Assembly (NCBI GenBank): GCA_016748015.1
Contig: JAAOMT010000446.1
Span: 187,752 to 251,751, forward strand
DNA from: Geosiphon pyriformis uo1
Lineage: Eukaryota > Fungi > Glomeromycota
Length of the DNA: 64,000 bases
Direction of reading: 5' to 3'
Of the stretch, positions 13,620 to 27,168 are shown piece after piece. The notes beneath the pieces were generated by a model. That model ran no database searches. It had not been told where the DNA came from and worked only from the letters and a program-made list of their open reading frames with translations. How positions within the stretch are numbered: position 1 is the stretch's first letter; each line of letters begins with the position of its first letter. A program made the translations under genes and the position numbers.

Positions 13620-16600
13620 AATGCTTCTAATAGTAATACTAACAACAAAAATTAAAGCTTAAATAAAGCTTGCATTAATTACAGTTTTGTGATTAAAAAA
13701 GTGTCTTTAATTAAAATGCCAAGAATAATACTTAAAACTAGTAAATAAAATATTTTGCCACTTGTTATTATCTTAGTTCTATTATTTATTAAAATTCTAT
13801 ATTATTTAAATATTAATTATATAGTGGTTAAACAAAAAAAATTGCTTTTGTTAAATAGTATTAAAAACTTAAAAAGAGATTTTCAATAATAAAAAAGATT
13901 ATCAAGACTGAATTTAATAAAATTACTATTATCAAAATGGCAAAAAACAAGAATATTATAATAAATACTAATATAAAATTAGCATGCATTTATGCATTTG
14001 GATTAAAAAGTTATATAAAGAAAATTTCAATTGAAACATTATTTAAAGCTTTAAAAATAACTGTGTTTAACATATAACAAATTAAGTTATGTAAAATACA
14101 ATTAATTGGTCTATAACCAAACTAATTTAGCTGTCAACTAATTATTATTGTGTTATTTTGTTTTAAAAAAAATTTAAATATAATTTTAATTATCATAATT
14201 ATTTATTAGATATATTATTTTAAACTTAATTATTAATCAAATTAATAATTTGATTGTTAAGTTAGTTATTAACTCAATAATTAACTTAATTATTAAATTA
14301 ATTATTAAGTCAATATTTGTTTTTATTAATTATATAAACAAATCTTTCAAAGCTGTAAAAAAAATCTAAGAAAATCGAAATATTTAACTAATTATTTTAA
14401 AAAATGTTTTTAACTTTAAATTAAAGTTAAGTAATCCAGTTTTTTAATTTGTATTATTATTAAATAAATAATTTTAAAATAGTTAATATTTTTTATTAAA
14501 TTCAAAAACACTTATTAAGACACAAAATTATAGCAACTATATTATTTTTACTAATAATAACAAAATATCTTCGTAAAATCCAATAAACTATAAATAATAA
14601 AATTTAAATAAAAAGATTTAATTTGTATAGTTGTTTGTCCAAAAAAATTTTATTATTTGTTTGGGTTTTTTATTTTTTATATATAAGCAAAAAATTATTG
14701 AGTTGTTAAATTAGTTTAAAAATCGATATAAAACTAACTAATAAATTTTTAATTTTTTTTAAAATAATTTCAAAATATTAATATATGTTTGATTAAATTA
14801 AATGCAGTTTGGCAAATTTATTAAACAAATAAATTGGTTAAATTTCTTTGTAATATTTATAAAAACAAATATTATTTAAAATGATACAATAATTAAATCT
14901 ATTAATTAATAAAAAAAATCACATGTAGAAAATATATAATTCAAATTTATGATAGATTTGCTATTGGTATAGATAATAAAAAGACTACATTTTGTTAAAA
15001 CAATTAATAAAAATAAATATTAAGATTAATATAAATTAATTAAGTAAATATTTAATGTTAATATAAAACTACAAAAAATTAAATCTTTGTTTAAAATAAA
15101 TTTCAAAATATGAAAATTTATGTTTTAATTGTATTTATTTTAAATATTAAAACTTTTTATTAAATTTGTAAATTTTTATAAATTTGGTTATAAAAGATAT
15201 ATTATTATAATTTATAATTTTATAAAACTATTAAATAATTTGTTGAATTGTATTAGTGGCTTTTTTTATGTAAACTATATAGCAAAAAAAATTTTAAAAA
15301 TTTTTTAATAATATAAAATTTGTAATTATCATTATATTAATTGGTAATTGTTCTTCTTTTAAAATTTTCAAGTCATTTTATTAAGTTTTAAGATTTTTTT
15401 AATAAAAATAAAGAACTTGTATTTTAATAGTTTAAAGTAATTTCAATACTTTAAAAATTTAATAAAATATCTGGTTTTATAAAAGCCATAATAGATATTA
15501 AAGTTCATAATAAAAAATTTGAATTACTTAAAAAAAGTTTAAAAATAAGAACAATTTAATAGTTGTTTATTTTTTATTTTTAAAAAATTTTAATCAATTA
15601 TTAAACAGTTATTTAATACTAAACTTGTTAATTTAAAACTTTAAATTCTAAAAAAAATTGGTTGAAATAATAATTAATTATTGTAATTATTAGTTAAAAA
15701 AACAAATAATATATGCCAATATAACATATTAATAAATAAGAAAAAAATATTATACTTAAATAATTATTTATAACAATTTATTTTAATAAAAAAACATATA
15801 AAAAAATTATAACTTTATATATAATAAAGTTTACTATAATTTATTTTAAATTTAAAAAAATATTTTTTATATTATTTTAGTTTTTAATAATATAATTCTA
15901 AACTAAATTAAATTAATATTGTCTGTTTATACTAAATATAACCATTTTAATTATATAGTTTTAGTATATAATTTTAATATAAAAGTTTAAAAACATTTTA
16001 AAAAAAATTATTCAAGTTTACTAAATAATAATTGGCTTATATATACGCTAAAAAACAGATTTTTATTAATTATCTTGTAAAAAAACGTGGTCACAAGTTG
16101 TTACAAATTCAAATTTTAGTTTTATAACCAAATTTTCTATTAAAATTTTTTTTTTGAACGTTAAATTTTTTTTGTCAGATTTAAAATTTTTTAATTTATG
16201 TTTGGTTGAATTGTTTATTAATTTTATAGAACAAATAAGTTAGCAAAAAAATTAAATTTAATTAGATTAATGGTTTTTAGTTTTGTTTTAAATATAAATT
16301 ATTATTAATATTTTTAATCAGAATTTAATAAAAGATATAATAATAGAAAAAAGTTTAAGTGTGTTTATTAATAACAAAATTATTAAGTTTTTAAATTGAA
16401 TTAAATAAAGTAAAAAACGCATAAATAAATTTAATAATTAAGATTATGGATTAGATAAAATACATAAATAATTTTAGTTTATTTTTAAAACTTATTAAAT
16501 TTTTTTATAACTGTAAACATATAGAAAATTGCAATATATAATATTAAAAATATAAATAATTCTATTAAAAAAAATATTATTAAATAACATAGAAATTTTA

Positions 16601-19600
16601 GCAATATTATTTAATTATTACAAAAATTAAATTAAAAAACAAATTGTAAAAATTAAATAAAAGTTTTTATTTTAAGCAAAAGTATTGATTATTTTGTATT
16701 AAAAATTGCTTTGATTATTAATAATAATGTTGTTAAGCATGTTTACAAAATTACAAAAATTAAAAGTTGGCTATTTTTAATTATGATAATTAATTTATAC
16801 ACAAAAGCATTTTTTTTAAAAAATAATTATGTTAATAAAAATAAACAATATTATTATTAAGATTATTAATAAATGCTTTTTTATTATTTTAGAATTAATT
16901 TTAACAAAACAATTTAAAAAGCAGTTTATTAATTAAGAAATGCAAAAATTTAAACATAAACAATATATCATTACAGAATTTAGTTTTTAAAAAGCTAAAA
17001 TAATTTAATTTAAAAATATTAAAAAACTTGAATTTTTTTTTGGTTAATAAAAATTTAATTAATATAATTGTTAATTTTGTATTAATAATATTAGTAATTT
17101 TTTTAATATTAATATTTTGGTCATTTTGGTTTTATTATTATAAGTAGTTTATTTAACATTAAACTTTCTACAGCTTAAAAAAAATCAATTAATCAAGATT
17201 TAAGAAATTTATTTTTAATTTTGTATTAGATATTTTAAATAAGTTTGCTAAAATATAATCAATTATTAATCTGAATAGTATTTATAATATTTTATTAAAA
17301 ATATTAATCTATTTAGCAAATAAAAATTTTTTTTAAGTAAATTTAATACTATAATTACCCAAGTATTTTTTAAGTTTTACAATTTAAAATGTTTGATTTT
17401 TAAAATTTTGAAAATTGTCAAGTTAAATAGTGCTTTTTTTTTTAAATATTTACTAAATATCTTAACTATATTAAATTTAAATCAAGTAATAAAATTTAGA
17501 ATTTGTTTATATTAAATAGTTTTAATAAGAATTTTAAACAAATTTTGTTCAATATTATGAAATTGTTCTAATATATTTAAATAAAAATTTTAAGAATTAA
17601 ACTATTATTAAAAAATAAATAAAATTTTTTTTATTAATAAAAATTATATAGCTTGTAGTGTTTTAAAAAAAAATTTAAGAAAATTATTTGTATTATTTTA
17701 CTGTAAAAAATATTATTAATTTGAATTTTAATAAGATTAAATTAAATATTATTGCTATTATTATTATTTAAATATAAAAAAACTTTTATTAATTTTAAAA
17801 AATTAAATTGTTTTTTTGAAATATATATTAAATAATAATTTTATTAAAGTAATTAACAAAATATATTTGTTAATAAAAAAACAGTTGAATTATTAAAAAT
17901 TTTAAATAAATTTTAGAAATATAATTTGAATTTGTTATTAAATTTGCTAAATAATTTTTTAATAAGTATAAAATTTTAAATATTATACTATTTATTAAAA
18001 GTTTAATATAATTCTAAAAAAATGATCTTAAATAAGTAATTTATTTTTTTAAATATTATATATAATTTAGTTATATAAGTTAAAAACTTTAATTAAATAG
18101 AATAAATTAATATAAAAAAACATTAAATTAAAAACCAATTTATTTAAAAATAAATTTAGTTATAACAACCTGTTATATGAACAATTTCGAAAATAGCTTT
18201 AATTAGAATTAAAAATTTTATTAAATTTTAAAAAAATAATACATTATAATAATATGTATAATTTATTTTTATTAAATAAATTAAAGTTGAATCATTAATT
18301 ATATTAGAAATAAATATAATATTTAGTTATTACAAAGTAAAAAATAAACAAATAATTAACTAAATCTTATTTAATTTTGATATTTTGTACTATTGTGTTC
18401 TAAAAGACCACATCTACTAAAAATGTATTTTGTGTGTGATTTTTTTTTCAGTAGCAGACTTATAATGTTTGGTTTTTAAGTGTTTTTTACATTATAATAC
18501 TAATAAATTTTCAATTTGCTCAAGCTTTTTTTCTTTATTGACATCATTAACTTAATTGTTTTTCATAATTTAGTCTTGATTTTAAAGTATAGGCACTATT
18601 TTTTTATGTTAACCAATAAATTGCCTTAACTATATTATTATCTTACTATAATTGTTATGTTTAATAATGAGTTAAACAGTTTGTTATGTAAATTTTTATA
18701 CTTTACTATATTTTTGTTTTCTCTGTACTATAAAACATAAAACATTAATAATAATTAAAAGATTTAGAATTACTATTTCATTGAAAAAATTTTTTGCAGT
18801 CTCTTAATTCATAAAGCAAAAAGCTTTAGTAACTAAATTATTCTTTTTTTTTTTATTAGTATACTATTGTGAAAGTATTATTTGAATGTAAAATCTCATA
18901 ATTTTTGAATATAACATTACTTAAAAATAATAGTGACAAACAATACTATAAGATATACTAGATAAACATAAACAAAAATAAAAAACAAAATCAACAATTT
19001 TAATAAAATATGAATATTTGCTGTTTTCTGATTATAAATCTGTAATTTTTTACACTTTTTTGATGTTTTTTTATTAATTTTAGCAATTATTAATTTTAAT
19101 AAGATTTGTTTTATGTTATACAAATTTTTAATAAAATTACTATTATATTAGAATTGAAATCTTAAATATCAAAATGTTGTTAAATAAATAACTTGAAAAA
19201 ATACACTAGAAAATAAATTCCTTTATCTTAGTATAAGTATTGATATTTAATGATAATTGACTTATAATAAAGTATAAGTATTGTATCATTTCTAAATGTT
19301 TTATGAATAAGATATAAGGTATAAGATATTAAATTATTTATTTGTTGATCTTAAAAAAAAGATTATGGTCAACTAACATAATTTTTATACAAGATAAAAA
19401 TGTTTGATGTAAATACACAAGCTTATGCTTGTTAGTTAAGATAAAAGCTTTTATTAGATAATTTTTAATATTAACATATATTTCAGTAAATTGTAATAAT
19501 TATTATTTATAAAAAATTTTTTTATATAAATTATTATAATATAGAAAAAAATTGTAAACAAAGCTTTTATATTGATTGTAAAGTTTTGCTTTAAAATTTT

Positions 19601-20678
19601 TTGGTAAGTTTTTATTAATGTGAAAAATTCAATAAATTTGATAAATTATTTTGTATACTTAAACAACTACTGTATCTGTTGCAAACTTAGCATTGGTAAT
19701 AAATACTAATAGTTCTGTTATTGTTGTTTTTTTTGTGTATTCTAGAATCTATTTATATAATTTGACAGTTTTATCTAATATAAAAGCTTATATAATAAGA
19801 TAGAATCTTGTGCTATTATTACAATAAATAAAAAAAAAGTAATATTTAATAATAATTGATCTTTGTTGTATTGTTATTTAGAATAATATTATGGTACTTT
19901 AACCAAAAAAAAATTTGTGCAAAAGACATTTAAAATATACAGATAAGCTATATTTTTATTAATTTCAAATTCTATGATCTATTTAGGACTATTTGATTTG
20001 TAAATTATAAAAATTGTTAACAAGTAGAATATATTATGCTTTTTGTTGTCATAAACTTTAAATCTTTGTAATGTATTTGTAAGATCACAATCAAGAATAA
20101 ATGCTGTTAAAAATTTTATTTTTAAAAATTTTTTTTGAATAATAATTAATAGATTTGCATATTCTATGAAAAATCAGATCTCCTAAAAAATATTATCTGA
20201 AATTTTTTGATATGTTAAAACATATTTTTTAGTGTTAAAATATAATAGATAATTATGTGTATTGTTAAAAATAGTAAGAGTTATTTTGCATAAGTTTTTG
20301 GTACAGTTAATATTAAAATATTAACTATATCTTTAATATTTTGATTTAATATTCTAATAATTTTAAATATTAATCTTTTTTTGGTTTGTATTGGCTGCCA
20401 AATTTGCATTTAAAAGTGCAATGTTTAATACTACTGTTTGGATGTTATTTTAATTTTTTTAAATAAATCTAAATCTTTTTTATTTACTATAAATCTTTAT
20501 AATTATATTAATATTTTTTTATATTTTAAAAGCATAACTAATACAAAGATTTATAACTAAATAAATATAAAAAAATTTGATGCTAAATATGACTGAAATT
20601 ATAACTAAAAATTTTATCTCTATTTATATATACTTGGTTACTTAATTAAGATAAGTTTTTATTAACATAATTTTAAAA
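13620..20678. other. Extremely AT-rich tract, probably fossil retroelement DNA
   Basis: Almost no G/C and very few CpG. Faint G>A-shifted APE-like words near 19270-19470 (AGT ATA AGT ATT GTA = ex-GVGIV; TTA TTA GAT AAT TTT = ex-LLGDF). Confidence 0.45.
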
Positions 20679-21652
20679 TCTGATTTTATAAACAAATCTG
20701 TTTCTTTGAGGGTTAGGATTACTTCTGCTAGTAAGAAAAATGTGCTGAGTGTTTTAAATTCTGATAAGTTTTTTAATGTTTGTGATAGTTTACTGAAGGT
20801 GTGGTCTGATTGCATTGAGATTTATACAGATGAATTCTTAAAATGTGCTGGTTCTGCTGAAGTGACAAGTGGAGCAGCTGCATACTTTCTGGCTGCAGAT
20901 GCTGATATTAGAATTAGAATGGCTGGGCTTTTGTCTTCTACTTTGACTGAGTTGCAAGCTGTGGGACTGGCATTGGAATGTGTTTCATCTTTGTGCTTAG
21001 TGGTCTTGTACTTGGATAGTCAAGCTGCAATTGATGTCTGTATCTCTGAGGCTTCTGTTACTATGCTCGACTTCCATAACCAATGTTAGATTGAAAGATT
21101 GCATATAGATAATCTCCTTGAAAGTAAAAATATTTCTATTAAGTGTGTGAAAATTAAAGATCATTTAGATGTGTTGGGCAATATTAGGGCTAATGCATTG
21201 GCTAATGAAACAACTTCCTTGTTTTTTTCTATGCTGGTGAGAATTTGGGAGAGGTTTTTGGTCACTAAAAAAACTGCTATATCTGGCAATACTTGTCATT
21301 TTTTTTGAGACTTATACTGGTTGATATGTCATGCCCATTGGGAGGCTAGTCCAGATTTTAATGTAATTTTGGATGTTATGATTAAAAAAATAGATTGGAA
21401 GGCTACTGCAATGATCTGGCACCCTAATTCACACATGCTTTCTGAATTCACCAGTAGAAAGTCAGCCAATTTGTGCACATACTTGATGAAAGTTATATAC
21501 AAATGGCTGCCAATTGTGGTTAGAAAGAGATTGTATAACAAAAGTTATTCTGAAGTATTGTGCTTACTGTGTGGTGAGGTGGAGTTGTCTAATCATGTTT
21601 TTATTTGTTCTGGTAACTCTGGTCTCTGCAGGGACATTTTGGTTAAAGCTGC
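20679..21652 (+). mobile_element. 5'-truncated LINE copy 1, RNase H and C-terminal zinc-finger part of ORF2 (left piece)
   Basis: IYTDEF(ex-DGS)...TELQAV...YLDSQAAI...VKIKDH...GNIRANALA is RNase H; CLLCGEVELSNHVFIC follows. Interrupted by an LTR at 21653. Confidence 0.9.
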
Positions 21653-22635
21653 TGTTACTAATGGTTTTTGGTCTCTTTTTTTAAATGTTGTTAATGTTGA
21701 TTTGTTGTGAATTCATGTTTCCAGAAAGTAGTTAGACCTCCAGTAACTGAATTTATCTTCAAATTATCTTCTATAATTTAAACTTGCTGGGCTTATAAGT
21801 GGAATAGCCAATTTTGTGCCAGTTGCTTTATGTAGTTATATTGTAGTAAACGTTAACTCTTTTCTAGGAATTGCTCATCTGGAAGCTCACTAAAAATATG
21901 TAGTTACTTTGCTGTGAAAGTCAACTCTTCTACAGGAATCTCGTCTGTAGGCTACCCTAATGATTGTAATAAGAAAAAAAAAGAAAAATAAAAGAAATAT
22001 AAAAGAAATAGGATTTTATCAAGAGAAACGTTTTTCTATTCAGGCCTGGAGTCACTAACAGTTTACTGAAATTGGTAGCTAATTAATTTCGAAATGTTAG
22101 TTGGGTTTTTGGAGGTTTTTCCAAGTACAATAATTAAAGAATTTGGTTTTTCGAATTATTTGATATTTATTTCTTTTTGTGTATATAGGAATAGTTTTAA
22201 GAGATAAATCTAAAGTAAGATATATTTTCTTGAAGAGAAATGCTCTTCTTTTATATAACTTGTTATAACACTATTCTATGAACTTGAACTTTGCTATTTT
22301 CTACAATTTCGCTGAACTAAAGATACATTTCGGTGAACTACAAGTTATTTCTGTGAATTATTAGATATTTCGGTGAACTATCAATTATTTTGGCGAATTT
22401 CTACAAATTTTGGCAAACTTTTGAATGTTACATAGTTCGGAGTATTGCATGATTTGATTATCGCAATTAGGTTACATTTGTGTTGTGTACAAATTGGGTT
22501 ATTAATTAAATGATAATTTCGGACATTTTGCTAATGTAATAAGTGATAATTTGAAACAATAATATATGCTAATTAATGATAGGATTTATAAGATAATTTC
22601 ATGCTAAATAATATCTCTAATTTTGTCTGGTAATA
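21653..22635 (-). repeat. 3' LTR of A1
   Basis: TGTTAC...GTAATA (ex-GTAACA); adjacent PPT (minus strand AAAGAGGAGGTTA). Shares diagnostic variants (AACTTGCTGG, GATTTGAT) with 40402-41374. Confidence 0.93.
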
Positions 22636-23323
22636 TAACCTCCTCTTTAAGACTGAGCTCCATCAAAGTCCAAGTACTGTCTGTAATTTTCAGATAATAA
22701 TCCAAAATTATTGAAGAAATTTGGTCTGAAAATTGTTGAAATTTCAGTTTTGTGAGCTTTCCAATGTATTGAATCTTTAAAGACTGTAAAATTGGGTTTT
22801 GTAGGACATTTTCACAGGTGTAGAATAGATCATAAAGTCTAAGAGCAGCTCTGAGCTTGTAGCGACTGTTTATTGGTCTAGCTGTTGTCTTGAATTCATT
22901 GTGGAGTTGTTTCTGAATAGCTTCTTTTGTGAAGTTTGCTGTTGTAAGTTCCAGTTTCTGTTCGTAGAGTGTTTTTCCAATGTGGAAATATTTATAGATT
23001 AGAGGATATTCAGTGTTTTTCTCATTGAAACACAGTTGAAATCTTTGTTGAATTGTAGCATTTGGTGGAATACTAATCAGAGTGAGCATTAGGTTTTCTC
23101 TTAAAGCAAGCTTTAAAAGTTTTGGCAGGTGAATTCCAGAATAATTTCTTGTGTTTTTCTTATATGAGTGATATTTTCGTAAATTTGGGGCTAAATTTGT
23201 AACTACTTTTGTTTGGGTATAATTAATGTGGTTTCCAGTAACAGTAATGGATAATTCGGGTATTGTTTTTAAAGCTAACATTAGTTTTTGGGATAATTGT
23301 TGAATGTTTTGAGGAATAGTCAT
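22604..23323 (-). CDS. A1 ORF3, 239 aa accessory protein of unknown function (env position)
   Basis: Intact ATG-initiated ORF after integrase that ends inside the 3' LTR; near-identical copy in A2. Confidence 0.8.
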   Translation of the reverse strand: MTIPQNIQQLSQKLMLALKTIPELSITVTGNHINYTQTKVVTNLAPNLRKYHSYKKNTRNYSGIHLPKLLKLALRENLMLTLISIPPNATIQQRFQLCFNEKNTEYPLIYKYFHIGKTLYEQKLELTTANFTKEAIQKQLHNEFKTTARPINSRYKLRAALRLYDLFYTCENVLQNPILQSLKIQYIGKLTKLKFQQFSDQISSIILDYYLKITDSTWTLMELSLKEEVILPDKIRDII

Positions 23324-23428
23324 TATAAGAGATTTAAAATAAAAGAAAATTATTTTTGGTGTATGGGTTTTTATGTTATTTTTGTTTTGATTGTTTCTAA
23401 ATTATAAGGGAATAACTAGTAAAATTAA

Positions 23429-24814
23429 TTAAGTGTTCAGATTGGAAGATTGTTCAATGACAACTATTGGTTCTAAGTTTCAGGAAATATCTTCGAAATT
23501 GACTAAAAGGGAATGTATATCAATTTGTGGAATTAATAGTTCAGAATTGTTTCTGGAATGATAGTGTTTCAAACAATCTCCATGTGCAACTTTTGCTAGG
23601 ATTTTGTCATCAAATCTTAGCTTGTATGATCCGTTGCTTAGAACTTCATGGATAAAGAATGGTCCATTCCATTTATTTTCAAATTTTCCACTCCATTGTT
23701 TTTTAGCTTTAGTTCTATGTAAGAGAACTTTGTTTCTGATTTTAAATTCATTGGTGACTGAAGGCAATTTGTTATCATGCCATTCTTTTTGTCAAGCTTG
23801 GGAGTGTTCAATATGGATGGCTGCTATTCGTTGTTTTTCTTTCAATGTGCTTAGCAAAGTGTAGGCTCTTTACTGAAGCATTTCTTGGAAATTGTTTTCA
23901 TTAATTGGTTGTGTTGGGTATGTTTCCACTGTGAAACTAATTGGTAATGTTGCTGTCCTTCCATAAGTTAAATCAAATAGTATGTGTTTTGTGGTATCTT
24001 GTTTTAGTGTTCTGTATGCTAGCAACACTAATGAAATAAAGATATCCCACTCTTGCTTAAAATTGGTTGAGACTTTGGCTAATAACTCACACAATGTTCT
24101 GTTAAAATGTTCTACAAGTCCATTTGTTTGTGGATGGTAGGGCGAAGACAGAGGTCTTTTGACATTGAATTGTTCCCAAATTTTTTGTATCAGGTTGTTC
24201 ACAAAGTGTGTTCCCTGATCAGATAAAAGTTCAATTGGACATCTATGTCTACAAATGATGTTTTTATAGATGAAATTTGCTATTGATTTTGCATCTGCTC
24301 ATTGAATGGCTCTGGCTTTGGGCCATTTAGTAAGATAGTCTAAAGCTACTGCAATATAATGGTTTCCTTGAGTAGTAATAGATAGTGGTTCAACTAAATC
24401 AATACCAACTCAGTCAAAGAGTTGTTCAACTTTGATTGGATTTAATGGTTCAGTAGGGCATGTTCCTTTTCTTCTTTGACAACTATCACAAAATTCAACA
24501 TATTCATGAATGTCTTTCCTCATTCGAGGCCAAAAGTAGTATTCTAGTGTTTTTTGGGTGGTGCTATTTTTTCCGAAGTGTGCTAATGAAGAATCTGAGT
24601 GTATGTTGTATAATATGGTCTCTTTTTTCTGTTTTTGTATTAATCTGAGTGGTTTGTTTGGGTTTTTGAAATTTCGATGATAAATAATGTTATTGTGTAG
24701 AAAATATTGTTTGGCTTATTGTTGTAGTCAATGTTTTTCATCTGGAGACCAATCTGTTGGGATTGTTAATGTTTCCAAATATTGTTTAAGATTATTGTAG
24801 TTTTCCAAATTCAT
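23429..24814 (-). pseudogene. A1 integrase, separate ORF, disrupted
   Basis: Own ATG (MNLENYNNLKQYL), HHCC zinc domain, GIDLV / SDQG / GLVEHFNRT DDE core, GPF motif; several stops. Confidence 0.9.
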
Positions 24815-24865
24815 TGTTTGTTGGTTGTTTTAATTGGTTAAGTTGAGTGTTGGTTTTTGTGTTTT

Positions 24866-27168
24866 CTAATCTTGTCTTATTCTGGAGAGACAGTCAACAT
24901 TGGTGTAGAGTTTTCCTGGTTTGTGATGTACTATGTATCAATAGTTTGCTAAAAATCCTGTCTATTGGGTTTGTTTTGCATTCAGCTGAGTATTTTTATT
25001 CTGAAGCCATTTGAGTCCAATATTATTAGTAATAATATCAAATTCTTTAGGCCTGAGATAAAAGTTGAAGTGGTGTAGAGCCCAAATTACAGCTGCTGTT
25101 TCTAGTTTTGTGGCAGAATAATTTTTCTCAGCTGGTTTTAATGTTTTGCTGGCATAAGCGATTACTCGCTCATTTCCATTGTCATCTAATTGTGATAGGA
25201 TAGCACCAAAGGCAGTATAAGAGGCATCTGTTGCTAATCGGAATTGGTTGCTGAAATTTGGGTAGGCGAGAATTGGAGCTGTTGTCAGTTTTTCCTTGAG
25301 AATTTCAAAAGCTTTTTGGTGTTTGGTAGTCTATTTGTATTCAACATTTTTGGTGGTGAACTGGTTGAGAAGTTTTGCAATTTTCGAAAATTCTTTGATA
25401 AACTTCTGATAGTAAAATGCTAATCCTATAAATCCTCTTAGTTCTGTAGTGTTTCGAGGAGTTTTGAAGTTTTTGACAACGCTAATTTTTCCAGGGTCTG
25501 GTTTGATTCCATCTTTACTACCGATATGTCCAAGGAAAGCCAAACTTGTTTTTCCAAAGTAGCATTTTTTGATGTTAAGTTTTAGTTCTGCTTTTTGTAA
25601 TCATTGAAAAACTTCTCACAGGTGTTTTAAGTGTAATTCGAACAATAGAAAATAAACATCAGTATTGTCAAAATAAATGACTACTGACTTCCAAAGAAGT
25701 CCTTGGTACACAATATCTATTAATCTCTGAAACATTGCTGGTGCATTGCATAATCCGAAAGGCATTATATTGAACTCGTAATTTCTGCCTTGGATGGTGA
25801 ATGCTGTCTTGGGGTGATCTTTGGGATCCATAGCAACTTGCCAGTAACCGCTTTCTAAATCTAGTGTTGAAAAGTATTTGAATTTTTCAAGGGCATCTAA
25901 CATGTCATCAATCTGGGAAAGGGAGTAGGCATCTCCAATTGTAACACTGTTGAGTTGTTGATAGTCAACACAAAATTGGATCTTTCCATTTTTCTTTTTA
26001 ACTAGCACTACAGGTGAAGCCCAAGGACTCATGGAGGGTTGGATGAGCCTATTGTTAAGCATTCATTGTACTTCTTCTCAGATGAATTGGTGGCTTTCTG
26101 GAGCAACTCAATATGCTTGTTGTCTTCTTGGTTTGGCATCTCCTGTATAAATTTGATGTTGAACCAAATTGGTTCTTCCTAAGTCATTGTTGTTTTCAGC
26201 AATGATATTGGCAAATTCTGCAATTAGCTCTTTGAGCTGGGTCTGTTGTTGTGGTTCAAGTTGTCCCATGTTGATTTGAAATAGTTTTTCCATAACAACA
26301 TGGTAGTTTTTGGAGCTGGGGTTTGGATTGATTTTTGATAGTGAATGTCCAATAATTTCAGAGAAATCGGGGACTGTTTGGGGTAATTTTTGTTGAAATA
26401 TATTACTGTGAATAACTCCAATTTCTAAATTATTTAATAAAATTATGGGGTAATTATTGGGGTTGTAAAAAGTAACTCGGATTTTCTTTGTTCCTTCTGG
26501 AATATAAATGTTTAGGATTGAAATATTATGTTCCAAGCAGACTTGTTCATTGGATTCAAAAATTTGTTGTGTGGTTGTTGGCTTTGGGCAGATGTAGATT
26601 TCCGGATGTTCTCCAAAGAGTGAGATGATAATTGGTTGTGGAAGTCTAAGAATCTGGTGGGATTCATTCTGTGTTTTAAGAGCTATATTAACTGGAACTG
26701 TGAATCATCCAGTTGAACCAAAACCTTGGGTTCCTCTATCACTTTTTCCTAATTGTTGTCTTTAATTGACTAGTTGTAAACCCGAAATGTTGATTAGGGG
26801 TAGGTAAATAGCTTGGGCAATTTTTTCAGCATGTTCAATCTTGAATGGTTTGTCAGTTTCATTTTGAAGCATCACTGTAATGTCTCCAGTATATCCAGCA
26901 TTGATTATTCCTCTTCTGACATTGATTTCTTTGCTTGCCAGAGAGGACCAGGAGGTGATTTGAACCATTGCTTCTAGCAGGATTTCGAGTGCAATTTTGA
27001 GGTTGATTTTTGTAAGAGATTTGGGTTTGAGAACAAGAGTATCCTTGTCTGAATATCTTAGATCATATCCAGCATCAATTTTGTGTGCTTTTTCGGGTTT
27101 TATTTCTTGTTTGTTGTTGTTGAAGTATTTAAGTTGTAAGACAGGCTGATTTTTGATAAGGTAGATGA
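24866..27168 (-). pseudogene. A1 polyprotein 3' part: dUTPase, dUTPase-like domain, RT, RNase H
   Basis: AGYDL...GIINAGYTG...IAQ...RGTQGFGSTG; SPWASPVVLVKKK, LDLESGYWQV, MPFGLCNAPA, YFDN (ex-YxDD); LATDAS RNase H; ends SRIRQD* (TAG 24868-24866). Confidence 0.92.

Noticed and set aside
18917-19123. ORFs in AT deserts (also 42031-42216 and 42600-42785)
   Set aside because: Low-complexity I/L/K/F/N products expected by chance in AT-rich DNA.
22305-22425. CRISPR-like repeat/spacer look of the LTR arrays
   Set aside because: Spacers are only 6-8 nt and identical among LTR copies, the context is eukaryotic and there are no cas genes.
22604-23323. ORF3 as an envelope gene
   Set aside because: No signal peptide, fusion peptide, furin site or TM anchor.
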